IMG/VR virus record: IMGVR_UViG_3300025053_000003
Location: 1-64,000 of that record
Direction: 5' to 3' (one strand)
DNA: 64,000 bases
DNA from: a virus
Taxonomy: Duplodnaviria; Caudoviricetes
Positions 47,726 to 58,747 of this stretch are shown here, piece after piece. How positions within the stretch are numbered: the first letter of the stretch is position 1; each line of letters opens with the position of its first letter. The position numbers and the translations under genes were made by a program. The notes under the pieces are model-generated. The model was not told where the DNA came from, ran no database searches, and was given only the letters and a program-made list of their open reading frames with translations.

Positions 47726-49926
47726 ATTATATTATCAGTTGTTCAGAAAAACAATTTAAGACTATTTCGTTAGCTTGTGAAATTTTAGCAAGACTGCAAT
47801 GTGGTCACTTGTCGGCTGTATTTGACCAGTGTAAAAACGAGAAAGGAGAATCGTTTTGTATTCCTTACGAATTGACTCGTGAAGTAGAAAAGATTATTAA
47901 ACCCATTCTCGGGATAGAATTGAATGCCCATTATGGAGTAGGTAAATTTGATTCTGCGGATATTTCTTGGGATATTTATCAGGTAATTAGGCACCAGATT
48001 TGGGATGACCGGACAGATGACAAATTGGATTATACAGTTGATGCTTCTCCAGCTCTAAAATTCGGATCAGAAGAATTGATTAAGGTTGAAAAAGTTTCGG
48101 ATTAAGGTTACAATCTAATTTCAAAATTTTGGCGTGTGGTGAGACTGAATTAGCGTGATTTAGAAGTTTGACGTAGGGCAGGCTGGTAAGCGTCGAAGTC
48201 GGCTAATTTGATGCTATGTAATTATAAATTTAAAGGATGTAAAATGGAAATTAAAATTCAGATTTTTGGTTCTACTTGTACTGGCAAAACAACAATAGGG
48301 GAATTAATTAAAAATACCCTTGAGTCTAAGGGGATCATATGTAAAATGATTGATGAACCAGATGGCCTTCGTGAATTTGATTTGGAGCGAACCGAAAGAT
48401 GCCTGAAAAGAATCGTAGAAAAGAATATGAGTGTCTTAATTGAAACTATTCAGGTAGTTAAGAATAACGCATCTTGATTTAAAAGGAACAAAATGAAACT
48501 ACTCCAGGACGAATTTAACAAAAGAGGATTTTGTTACAAACTAATCCAGAAGAGCGATTCCGCTTTTCTTTACTCAATTAGCGAAGGGAAAGAATTAAGA
48601 GGATTTGAAGTGTTCCGAAAAAGAATCTCTAAAGCATCTGTTTTAATTTATAATGGGGTAGAAGTAATCAGGGAAGAACAAGAAACATTCCCCGGAAATA
48701 GCGATTTTGGCACCTGGGCGTGGGCTTATATTACTTTGCCCTTCGCAATGAAGAAATTTGAATCGATTGGTGTGTAAAAATGGAAGTTTCTAATACGAAT
48801 AACATAGAAGGGAAACAAGTCCACGTAAGGGCTACCATAGCTTTGACTAAATTCGGGGATATTGGGGAGATAATCTATCGAATAAAGTATAATCTATCGC
48901 GTCAGATAGTTGATAAAATACTTGAAGACAAACAATTTTTCTGGTCTGGCACAGAGGATATTATGGGGGTCAAGACATTTCTAAATTATGGCGCAGATTG
49001 TGTTTTAATGACGACAGAGGAAGTTGCAGCCCTAAAAAAGAAATCTTTCACAGAAGGTATGCAACATGCGAGTGGTTTCTTACCACCAAGATGGGATGCT
49101 AATGAGTAAGAAATTCTATGCAGTTAATCGTGAAACAGGAGAACGCTGGAAGCCTAAGTCAGATCCGGATTATAACAGTTACCTTGTCATGTATGATAGT
49201 GGTTATCTTGCAGTAGTTGAAGATTCAGGATGGAGAACTTATATTACTCCATTGAATCCTAAAATCTGGGAGAAAGAGTAATGAGTGATATTCTTAAAAT
49301 GGATTATATAAATAGCCTTCCTCAACCATTTATTGCCCGTTTTATTGGAGGTAGTGAATATCCTATTTATGACATTGATGTTGAAACAGGATTAATGAGA
49401 GTTGACGTTATGGGAAAATTAGACGTTACTCATATAAGTGAAGTAAATTATTTCCTTGATATGGACGGTGTTAAGCATGATCCAGAAACTTTTTATTGTG
49501 AGGTTTAAATATGAAGATTGAAACGATTGAATCCCAGAGCAGAAGAGACTTTTATGCTGTTTATGTTTGTGAACACTGCGGGCATAAAAAGAAAGGGTCA
49601 GGTTATGATGATGACAATTTTCACCGAAATGTAATTCCTTCAATGGAATGTCCTTCATGTGGGAAATGTGCTGATTCTGATTATAAGCCAAGAGATACGA
49701 AATACAAGGCATATGAGGTGGTGTGATGGGAAAGAATACAAGATCGTGTGATGAGTGTAAATATTTTTTACTCATTGATGAAGAAGGGGAAGAAGGTTGT
49801 TCTGAAGGAATGTGTAGACGTTTCCCTCCTGTATTAGCATTACCAGATATAAAAAACTATACTGATGGTTGGGATCAGCCAATGGTTAGAGGACATTGTT
49901 ATTGTGGTGAATTTAGAAAAGTTTAA
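47722..49926 (+). other. Run of small hypothetical ORFs (47722, 48240, 48493, 48780, 49099, 49281, 49511, 49723)
   Basis: RBS/overlaps; 48240 has GSTCTGKT; 49511 has CxxC pairs. Confidence 0.65.
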
Positions 49927-49932
49927 GAGTTG

Positions 49933-50018
49933 GCCGCCTTAGTTCAGTTGGTAGAACACCTGATAAATGACTTTATGTAATCAGGTTGTCGTGGGTTCGA
50001 TTCCTACAGGCGGCTCCA
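49933..50018 (+). tRNA. tRNA-Thr(TGT)-like with a 17-nt anticodon loop
   Basis: GCCGCCT/AGGCGGC acceptor, GTTC/GAAC D stem, CCTGA/TCAGG stem, GTGGG-TTCGATT-CCTAC, CCA; loop TAAATGACTTTATGTAA. Confidence 0.8.
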
Positions 50019-50068
50019 GAAAAGATAGTTGTAAATATAAAAAAGTTTGTCTTAGAGTTAAATAACCT

Positions 50069-50095
50069 TAAAGTTTTCTGAAATTATGCCGATAA
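50069..50095 (+). promoter_or_regulatory. Sigma28/FliA consensus promoter
   Basis: TAAAGTTT-N11-GCCGATAA. Confidence 0.75.
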
Positions 50096-50113
50096 GGTAT
50101 AAGGAGGAAGTCA

Positions 50114-50293
50114 ATGACCGGCGAAGAAATGGATGTTATTAGAAAGAAGAAAGGTTGGAACAAAATAGAATTGTCAAAAAGATTAGGACTGAGCAATATC
50201 ACAATTAGTAAATATATTAACAACAAATCTCAAATTCCTAAATTGGTTGAAATAGCTATGAATAATTATGAAAGGGAGTGTAAGGAGGAGTAG
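50114..50293 (+). CDS. Cro/XRE-like HTH protein (59 aa, not in track)
   Basis: IRKKKGWNKIELSKRLGLSNITISKYIN; AAGGAGG RBS. Confidence 0.8.
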   Translation: MTGEEMDVIRKKKGWNKIELSKRLGLSNITISKYINNKSQIPKLVEIAMNNYERECKEE

Positions 50294-51802
50294 ATGAACA
50301 CAGATAACAAGAAAGCGAAGAATGTATTCCCAGATGCAAGAAATTGCTCTGTTAAAAATAATTATACACAAATATCTAACAATTTAATTAGGGATAAAAG
50401 GCTTTCTTATAAAGCAAGAGGAATCCTAATTCTTTTATTGAGCCACCAAGAAGGGTGGGTTTCTATTATGGAAACGCTATGCGATAATTTTAGCGAACCT
50501 GATGGGAGAACTTCTGTTGAAAGTGGAATGAAAGAATTAGAAAAATTTGGATACTTAGATAAAAAGATATTTAAGAAAAAAGGAAATCAAACCATAGTTG
50601 GGTCTTTCATAGCATACACAGATGTGCCATTTACTTTTAATTTTGAAGGGCATAAAAAATTTGCAGATGATAGCGGATGGGAAATAGGAGACCATCCGCA
50701 AAGGAAGAATATGAGTATTGGAAACCCTGCGATGGAAAAGCCATCGGCGGAAAACCCATCGGCGGAAAACCCTGCGATGGAAAATCAACAGCTAATAATA
50801 CCAATAAATAATAATACCAATTATAATAACACTAATTTTAATAAATCTTTTTCTTACGAAAAAGAAGTTATAGATTCTGACGAATCTATTGAACCTCATT
50901 CACAACATGTTGAGTCAACTGTTTGTCCCGTCACTGAACAAGAACATAATACAGTTGCTCAAACAAGCGTAGCGCCAGACACTGTTGAACAAAATAATAT
51001 TAATGTTCCGCCGCCCCGCCCGACAAGAACACTGAAGAACCCAATTTACGCGACCCCGAAACCTACCCCTAAAATAAAAAAGAATATTGTTTCGCTGATT
51101 GATTATTGGAACAGTCTTAAAATAGTCCAACACCGAGCAGGAACAAAAACTTATAATGAAATTGCGATTTGTTTAAATAAACTCATGGCGGGTAAATTCT
51201 TTGATAAAAATGGTCCTTTCAAAAAGTATGCTGATTATAAATTCACAGAACAAGAAATTACCAACACAATGAATAGGTTCTCCTTGGCCGCTACTGATTT
51301 TAATTATGAACCTACGAATGGGTATAAGAAAACGCTCAAAGGAACGGGCATTGTGCATTTTCTGCATAATCCTTTCGGGGAGAAAGAAAAATCATTATTC
51401 CTGGAATACTTTGAAAATGAACCTGTTGCAGTAAAAGAAACAATGCGAATGATTGAAGACATTGATTCTAACATGACTGAAATCATTAAAGATGTCTGGG
51501 TAAAAAAAGTGATGAATAAATATGTTCCAAAGAGTTATTCAAAAAATGATGAAAATAATTTCAGACGAGCGACAAAAGAATTTCATCGCTGGTTCAATGA
51601 AAATAACAAAAGAATCCATCCTCAGTTCGGGACAAGGGGAGCAGATGCTCAATCAAAAAGGAAAAGAGTTGAACTATTTGTTGAAATGCTTTTAAAAACA
51701 ACATTGACTACAAGTAAGATTCAGATCAGTTGGCTTTGTTCTTCTTATAATTGGGAACATGCGTTCCCGAAGTGGTGTAACGACCAGGGTATTATGAATT
51801 GA
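50294..51802 (+). CDS. Phage replication initiator (replisome organiser-like)
   Basis: NNYTQISNNLIRDKRLSYKARGIL..SVESGMKELEKFGY; internal iterons. Confidence 0.8.
   Translation: MNTDNKKAKNVFPDARNCSVKNNYTQISNNLIRDKRLSYKARGILILLLSHQEGWVSIMETLCDNFSEPDGRTSVESGMKELEKFGYLDKKIFKKKGNQTIVGSFIAYTDVPFTFNFEGHKKFADDSGWEIGDHPQRKNMSIGNPAMEKPSAENPSAENPAMENQQLIIPINNNTNYNNTNFNKSFSYEKEVIDSDESIEPHSQHVESTVCPVTEQEHNTVAQTSVAPDTVEQNNINVPPPRPTRTLKNPIYATPKPTPKIKKNIVSLIDYWNSLKIVQHRAGTKTYNEIAICLNKLMAGKFFDKNGPFKKYADYKFTEQEITNTMNRFSLAATDFNYEPTNGYKKTLKGTGIVHFLHNPFGEKEKSLFLEYFENEPVAVKETMRMIEDIDSNMTEIIKDVWVKKVMNKYVPKSYSKNDENNFRRATKEFHRWFNENNKRIHPQFGTRGADAQSKRKRVELFVEMLLKTTLTTSKIQISWLCSSYNWEHAFPKWCNDQGIMN
50720..50850 (+). 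other. Probable replication origin: 4.5 x 15-bp iterons plus an AT-rich tract
   Basis: GAAAACCCTGCGATG / GAAAACCCATCGGCG units followed by (AAT)-rich DNA. Confidence 0.7.
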
Positions 51803-51819
51803 TTATAAAATAAATATAC

Positions 51820-51848
51820 TTGACACTTTAGTCGATAATTTGTATTAT
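51820..51848 (+). promoter_or_regulatory. Sigma70 promoter
   Basis: TTGACA-17-TATTAT. Confidence 0.7.
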
Positions 51849-51889
51849 GAATCATAATGATTGTATGGTGAAATAAGTTAAGGAGGCGC

Positions 51890-53241
51890 ATGCAAACATT
51901 CACACTTTCGACGCTAGGGATTGACAGAGAAAATAAAATGATGGAATTAATCAACAATCAGAAAGCTATTTGTTTTACTCATGCCGCCGAGATTGTTCTT
52001 TCTAAAGAGTTCAATGTTCCATATTTCTGCTACGGCGGAACACCAGTGATGCCAATTGCAGAATTTAGGCCAATGATACAAAGTAAAGGAGAAATAAAAT
52101 GAACCCAAACGTCGAGAAAATTCTAACAGTTATCGAAATCCTTGAAGAAATGCAGAAGGGAAAGAACAGCTTCAGGGTCAGGGGTATGCTAGTAAGGGCT
52201 ATACCATTTTTATACAACATAATTGACGTTATGGAAGAGGAGAGTTGAATGAAAATTTACGTAGAATTGGAAGTTCCTAGTGATTTTGCTAAAGGTCAGA
52301 TGCGCCAAACAATCGAAAAAGAAATCGCCGCAGGTCGATGGACTTGGCGTCAGGCTGCCAAGAATGAGAATAAATTAAACCAAAATGACGATAAAGATCC
52401 GATTGTTGACATTAAGGTCATCGAGGAAGATCATAAAGATCGTGTTTTTGTCTTTAAAGAGTCAACTAAGGGAGAGTCTTCACGGCCTATCTTGTATGCA
52501 ATCCCTGAGAGGGGTATTGTCAGCGTAAAAAGCCAAACAGGGAGCGAAAATTACTATTTGAACGTCAACGGAATTAATGTCCAGGGTTCATTTGAAGAAT
52601 TTATAAAATTGATCGGAGAGCGCGTTGATATTGAGTAAAGGAATAAGATGAATTACATCATTGCGAAAGCCCAAGATAACCCTGGATTCTATGTCATTCC
52701 TAGCGAGTTATATCAAGTGTTTAAGGATATAACAACCGGAGGCCAGTCGCGGCAGTTGAGGATTAAGGGTAGCACGCACAAAGAGGTTGAAGCGCAAATG
52801 GATAATCTTTTGAAAACTACGCTTCTAATCGTCCGTGATGCTGCTTACATGAAGAGAGCTTGAAATGAAAATTACTCCTGGATCTGAATATTTTGACGAA
52901 GTGTCGTTTGCATGGATTCCTATCCCTTTCCATTGGATTGGTGACGATACAAGGGCACATAGTCATAAAATCAGGGTTATGCCTGAGCCTAAAGTCAAAG
53001 ACATTAAGGTGAAGAAATGAAAACAATCAAAGATCACCTAAGAGACGCCACCACTCTTGCAATGGACAAGCGGGAAATGGAGAAGCACTGCGGAAACGCA
53101 TTATCTGAGATCATCAGGCTGGAAGGAATCCTTGATTGCGTCCTTGCTGAGTTTTGCTCATATAGGGATTATTATACAGGAGAGTTTGCAGATGATAGGT
53201 TAAGGAAATTAATGTTGAATAAGAGGAATAAACTATGTTAA
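51890..53241 (+). other. Run of small hypothetical ORFs (51890, 52249, 52648, 53017)
   Basis: RBS and tight packing. Confidence 0.65.
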
Positions 53242-53447
53242 ACTACAAGGGGTATACCGGCACTGGACGGGTAAATACTGAAACACTTCTCCTTCGAGGA
53301 GAAGTGGATGACGTTGATCTTTACACTCCTTATTCTGGTGTAACAGTATTTGAATTGACAACTAATTTCCGTTTAGCAGTTGATGAATTTATTACGGGGA
53401 GAACATTTGCTGGAGTTGCTAAACCTGAGGTGGGAAGATGTTCTTAA
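53235..53447 (+). CDS. Solo HicB-like domain protein
   Basis: MLNYKGYTG..LRGEV..YSGVTVFELTTNFRLAVDEFI. Confidence 0.65.
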   Translation: MLNYKGYTGTGRVNTETLLLRGEVDDVDLYTPYSGVTVFELTTNFRLAVDEFITGRTFAGVAKPEVGRCS

Positions 53448-53924
53448 ATGTTTCAAATTGGATTATAATTGGGTACATAATTTTCGGAGCAATTATGGGA
53501 TTCAGATTGATCCCAATGGCAAAAACAAAAACAGAAAGGATACTAACCCTCATAGTTAGTGGTCCTGTTATTTGGGTTTTGTTTAGTTTTTATTATATTC
53601 GTGAAGTAGTAAAGAAAATAAAAGAGGTGTATTAAAATGAAATTGACTCAAGTTTGCAGATGTGGAGAAGAAATCTCATTTGAATTAGCTACTGACGAAA
53701 TTCTGTCAAGTTTGGCTAAATGGTTCATAACAGAAAAATTAAAAGCATCTGGGTGGGAGGTCACTAAACGAGATATTCTTTGTCCTGATTGTTTACTTTC
53801 TATAAAAGAAGATGAAAAGTTTGACGAGAAATATGCAAGGCAGATTAAAGAAACTGATGATTATGACTATTTAAGATTCGCAACAGATCATATCAGAAAA
53901 TTTGGTGCAGGGGCCACGATTTAA
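53438..53924 (+). other. Two small ORFs (membrane protein 53438..53635; CxC/CxxC protein 53637..53924)
   Basis: ORF track, RBS. Confidence 0.65.
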
Positions 53925-54025
53925 GCTGTTTTCAGTCGTTACTGTATTGGGTATTTAAAAAGGTCTAATCGCGGCTTAGTGAGCGCAGGGAACGGTAAAT
54001 TTAGGTATCTGGGAGAAGAGAGTAA

Positions 54026-55630
54026 ATGAAAATAGCAAAACTTGTCCGAAAATTAAAAGATAACGACCAGGATATGGAGTTCTACCCGACTTCTGACAAA
54101 ATTATATCCATTATCAAAACAAAGTTAAATTCAGAACACGAATCAATCCTTGATTGTGGTGCTGGGAATGGAGCAACGCTATCTAAGCTAACACAAGGGA
54201 AGAAATATGCCATTGAGAAGAGCCAGATTCTCGTAAAAGAAATGCCATCTGATATCTTTATTATAGGGTGTGATTTTTACGAGAACGTCCTGATAGATAA
54301 GAAAGTTGATGTCGTATTCTGTAATCCTCCTTATTCTGAATATAAGGAATGGGCAATAAAGATTATCAATGAAGCTAATGCAGCTAAGATTTTTCTTGTT
54401 ATTCCTGATCGCTGGAAGAATCAACCAGAAATCTTAGCTACGATTAAAGACCGCGAAGCGAAATACAATATTATTGGGAACACCGATTTCCTTGATGCAG
54501 AGCGGGCAGCAAGGTGTAACGTAGACATCATCGAAATTCTATTAACCAGCTCAAGTTATCACAGCAGGAATTCAACTCCCGATGTTGACCCTTTCTTTTT
54601 GTGGGTTCAGAAGGAATTTCCTATTAATACAAGGAAAGAAGATAAAGCAGAGTATAAGGATTTTTCTAAGAAGATCAATGAACTTGTCCCAGTTAGGGGC
54701 TTAATTCTCGCTTTGGTTGAATTGTACAACGATGACCTTTTTAAACTCCAGTTAAACTTCAAAGCAATCTCCGAATTAGATCAATCTATATTCAATGAAC
54801 TCCAAATTGATTTTAAATCAGTCGTAAATTTACTGCAAAGGAGGATTATTGGCTTAAAGGAAAAGTATTGGCGGGAACTATTTAAAAATCTCAATACAAT
54901 CACCGATAGGCTAACAAAGAAAAGCAGAGAAAAATTGCTAAAAACACTAACGGATAATATAAGTGTTGACTTTCAGGAGTCAAATATTTATAGTGTTGTC
55001 ATCTGGGCGATCAAAAATGCTAATAGCTATTTCGATTCTCAATTAATTGATGTTTTTATGGATTTGTCCGATAAGGCTAATTTGGTTCTGTATAAATCGA
55101 ATCAGAGTACATGGGGAAAAGATAAGTGGCGGTTCAGGGAGGAGATGAGGGAAGGAAAGATAAAGAATTTTGGATTGGATTATAGATGTGTAATTTCTTG
55201 TCATAATACTTTTAACCCATCCTCTTATGGGCGTTATGAATATGAAAATGGCATTCACAATAGTGTGAATTCAAGGCTGAATGATATTTTGACCATCGCC
55301 CACAATTTGTCCTTTCTCACAACCTCATCAGAAAAGTCAGATCAGAAACAATGGGAGCCGGGAAAAGAGCAAATTTTCTTGATGAATGATGGTGAAATAC
55401 TAATGTCAGTTAGAGTATACATGAATGGCAATTTGCATATTAAGTTCAATCAGAAATTTCTGAGAAATCTTAACGTCGAATTCGGGCGATTAAAAGGCTG
55501 GCTCAGAAGTAGTTCCGAAGCTTCAGAAGAATTAAATATCCCGGAGGAAGAAGCTAAGATGTATTTTAAGACTAATTATGTTTTGGAAGGATCAAGTTTG
55601 CCAATGTTAGAATACAGGGAGGCAATATGA
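54026..55630 (+). CDS. N6-adenine methyltransferase with DUF4942 domain
   Basis: EFYPT, LDCGAGNG, CNPPYS; C-terminal NGNLHIKFN..VEFGRLKGWL. Confidence 0.85.
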   Translation: MKIAKLVRKLKDNDQDMEFYPTSDKIISIIKTKLNSEHESILDCGAGNGATLSKLTQGKKYAIEKSQILVKEMPSDIFIIGCDFYENVLIDKKVDVVFCNPPYSEYKEWAIKIINEANAAKIFLVIPDRWKNQPEILATIKDREAKYNIIGNTDFLDAERAARCNVDIIEILLTSSSYHSRNSTPDVDPFFLWVQKEFPINTRKEDKAEYKDFSKKINELVPVRGLILALVELYNDDLFKLQLNFKAISELDQSIFNELQIDFKSVVNLLQRRIIGLKEKYWRELFKNLNTITDRLTKKSREKLLKTLTDNISVDFQESNIYSVVIWAIKNANSYFDSQLIDVFMDLSDKANLVLYKSNQSTWGKDKWRFREEMREGKIKNFGLDYRCVISCHNTFNPSSYGRYEYENGIHNSVNSRLNDILTIAHNLSFLTTSSEKSDQKQWEPGKEQIFLMNDGEILMSVRVYMNGNLHIKFNQKFLRNLNVEFGRLKGWLRSSSEASEELNIPEEEAKMYFKTNYVLEGSSLPMLEYREAI

Positions 55631-55826
55631 GAATTATGTTGGGAAATTCGACGGGAAGAGATCTGAAGAAACTTTCATTTATTTAGATCGGGATGAAGCG
55701 TTAATGATTATTCAGAATCTTGCAGAAAAATCAAGATACATTAATTCTGGATCATTTGAGATTAATGATACAAATAGTGGCGAAACTTTTTCTGTATTTG
55801 TCCATGAAGAATGTGACGGTCTATAA
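55627..55826 (+). pseudogene. Small gene with a -1 frameshift after codon 3
   Basis: GGGAGG RBS, ATG AGA ATT, then a 64-codon open alternative frame (YVGKFDGKRSEE..). Confidence 0.5.
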
Positions 55827-55835
55827 GGAGATAAT

Positions 55836-57333
55836 ATGAAAGGGTCATACATGGAAGAGAACGAAATGAAACAGCTCGAAGAATTGTTGAGTCATTCACT
55901 TAAGGATACTATGAGCTGTTGGGTAGCGACTAGAATTAATGGAGCAAGTGCATCTATGGCTTGCGATGGCAATGTTTGTATTCCTCTCATTAAAGCATTC
56001 GATACTATCTCAAATAAAATTAAGGAGAACTAAAATGACCCAGAAAGACCGAGATTTCAATGATAGTGCTAACGTATTTGGAAGTAGTTTTTTTGATGTA
56101 ATATTCGGAAGTCCTAATATGTCATATGCAGATCCACAAGATAAGACAATGAACAACATTATTATTAAATACATTCGCAAGAAGGACAATACACCAATCG
56201 CTTGCCTGATTGCGGTAAAGATCAATGATGAAGTAAAAATCGGGTGGAGTATGTTTCACTCAAAGGAGGAGGTCATTCCCTTCAGCAAAGAGAAAGCTAA
56301 GAAACTTGCCCTGAGTAGAGCGAGAAACTCTGATCTCTATACTGAGCACCTTGAGTATAATCAAAAGTGGAAGGAATACTCCAGCACGATTGTTCCTAAT
56401 TTTCCTTCTTCCTTGAAAAGCGAAATGGAAATGTTTATGGAGCGGGCAAGGAGGTATTTTGATGTAGAACACATTCAGAACTATTCCTGTTGTAAAATGC
56501 ATAATAAGAAGGATTGTTTGTATGGTGATAATGGTGGAATTCTTATCCCTAATAAATTTTTTACCGGCAAAGGATTGTTTGTTAAAGATAAATCCTCTTT
56601 AATTTGGGGTGGAATAAATAATGATTAATTACATAACAATAAATAAGCCAATGCAGTATATCGAATCAGTTACTTGTGATATTTGCAAAACAGAATATAA
56701 ACACACAGACTCATATGATATGGAAATTCAAGAATTCCTCCATATTGATTTTATTGGTGGTTATAGTTCAATTTTCGGTGACGGTTCTTTCGTTAGAGGA
56801 AATATTTGCCAATATTGCCTCCAGAAGAAACTCGGAGAATTTTTGAGAATCGGAGACCCAGAAGATGAATAACATCTATCCAGTTCTGGAAAATCTCGAA
56901 GAAGATCGCTATCATGAATCAGATATTATTGCTTTTAGTCTAAAGTACTTAAAAAATTATCTCGATACTGGTCATGAATTGGTATCGAGAAATTATACAA
57001 TTAATCAAATTAAAGAAATTTTCGAGAATTACGAACCTTACTTTGAAGAAGGAGAACAAAATGAAATCAAGAACAATGTGGTTGACCTTCATAGTAGCAT
57101 TGTGGTTTGTGATTCTAATATCACTACTATGGCTCAGTAGAGATGTTAAGGCTTCAGAATTTCAAGCGGCTAAGTTGCTTGACTGTCAAGCTATAATCGT
57201 TGATGAATCATTTATCCCTAAGGGAACCAAAACTCATGATGTTATTTGCTTTTGGAAGGTCGAAGTAAGCGGCAGAAATGTGATAATGTGGAAAAAAGTG
57301 GGGTCAAAAGAATGTGGTTTTTTATATGAATAA
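55836..57333 (+). other. Run of hypothetical ORFs (55836, 56035, 56621, 56865, 57061)
   Basis: RBS/overlaps; 56621 has CDIC..ICQYC; 57061 has a signal peptide. Confidence 0.65.
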
Positions 57334-57482
57334 GAATAAAGAATTACTAATTTTCGGGATCATTTTTTATGTTATAATTACAATCGGATTTATCCAAGCA
57401 GAAAGAAAAGCCGATAAACTTAAAGATCAAGTACAATCTCTTACCAATGAACTCGATAACCTTGACTTTTAATAGTCATAAA

Positions 57483-58667
57483 TCATTGATATGATTCACT
57501 TTGTTCGTTAAAGGAACTATAAATGCCTCTATTGTGAATATTAATTGCGCCATTTGTATCGGCGTCAATTAACAACCCACAAGACGTACATTGATAAGTT
57601 TCACCACGACGGTTCGACTTATCAATGATGCCACAACCTGAACAGGTCTGGGATGTATATGCTGGATCGACGGATAGAAGAAAGAAACCTTCCTCTTCAG
57701 ACCGTAAAGCCAGCTTCGCCAGAACCTGTTTGTAAGACCAATATTGAAGTTTATTATTGAATTTGGTTGAGAACTTTGACTTATGTTTTACGTTTTTGAG
57801 ATCTTCTACCACGACGAGACTGTATGGGTCAAGATTAATTGAATTTACTATTTGATTAGTGAGATTCTTTTTGTATTGTAATAATCGTTTATGGCTTTTT
57901 GAACCTCTCCGCTTGTTGGCTAATTTGATATAAACCTGTTTAAGCTCTTCCCCATAATGAACGCCATTAGAATCTGAAATTAATTTATTGTAACCACAAT
58001 CAAGGCCAATGGATTTACCTTGTTGTTTAACTTGACATTTTTCTTTTTCATAAATTAACGTAATATAAAAGTTGCCATTAATTTTATTTAATTGGATTGT
58101 ATTTTTGCGTGTCCAATCTTTGAATTTTAAGCTGTGTTTATGTTGTTTGATAGGGACGTTGATATTGAGGTATTTTCTTTCAAACCCTTCAATTTTATAA
58201 GGAGTATATATTCTGATAAACGAGTCGAATAAATTACTTTCTTTGATATTAAATAAGTGGGAGCTTAAATTTATTGAAACGGTTTTTATATCAATTTTAA
58301 TACGTTTTAAGTAGTTGATACTTAATTCTGAATATTTCTTATTCAAGAATGGTTTATGAATATTCTGCTCTTTACATTTAGCATATAATTTCTGGTATCG
58401 TTTAAATGTTTTATTTTTAGTGTGTTTAAGATTTGACCGAACGATGCCAGAAGCTGTTCTGTAAGCTATCCCTTTCCAGTCAGCGTGGCATATAACATTG
58501 TTCGGGAGTAATTTACAAGATACATTTGTCTTCAGAGGGAGATCACCCTTAAGAATTAAATCAATATACAAAATTACACAGCTCTTGAAATCCTCATAAA
58601 TCCTTTCGAGGACATCAAGCTTGTGTTTATTTGCGAATTTAAGGGTGTGTTTGGAAACTCTGATCAT
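57483..58667 (-). CDS. tnpB: TnpB RNA-guided nuclease
   Basis: RuvC IGLDCG, VVEDL, DADTNGAINI; zinc finger TSQTCSGCG..CTSC. Confidence 0.93.
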   Translation of the reverse strand: MIRVSKHTLKFANKHKLDVLERIYEDFKSCVILYIDLILKGDLPLKTNVSCKLLPNNVICHADWKGIAYRTASGIVRSNLKHTKNKTFKRYQKLYAKCKEQNIHKPFLNKKYSELSINYLKRIKIDIKTVSINLSSHLFNIKESNLFDSFIRIYTPYKIEGFERKYLNINVPIKQHKHSLKFKDWTRKNTIQLNKINGNFYITLIYEKEKCQVKQQGKSIGLDCGYNKLISDSNGVHYGEELKQVYIKLANKRRGSKSHKRLLQYKKNLTNQIVNSINLDPYSLVVVEDLKNVKHKSKFSTKFNNKLQYWSYKQVLAKLALRSEEEGFFLLSVDPAYTSQTCSGCGIIDKSNRRGETYQCTSCGLLIDADTNGAINIHNRGIYSSFNEQSESYQ

Positions 58668-58706
58668 ATTATTATTGACTTGTGTTGAATTAGTTGTTAT
58701 AGTACC

Positions 58707-58733
58707 TTATCGGTATAAATTCGTAAAACTTTA
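58707..58733 (-). promoter_or_regulatory. Sigma28-type promoter for tnpB
   Basis: TAAAGTTT-N11-ACCGATAA, 40 nt before the ATG. Confidence 0.65.
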
Positions 58734-58747
58734 ATAAATAATGACAA

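Larger units (their letters stand above)
57475..58745 (-). mobile_element. Non-autonomous tnpB-only IS200/IS605- or IS607-like element; ends uncertain
   Basis: Only minus-strand gene in a plus-strand block; no tnpA; 7/9 inverted GTCAT.A.T at the putative ends. Confidence 0.6.
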
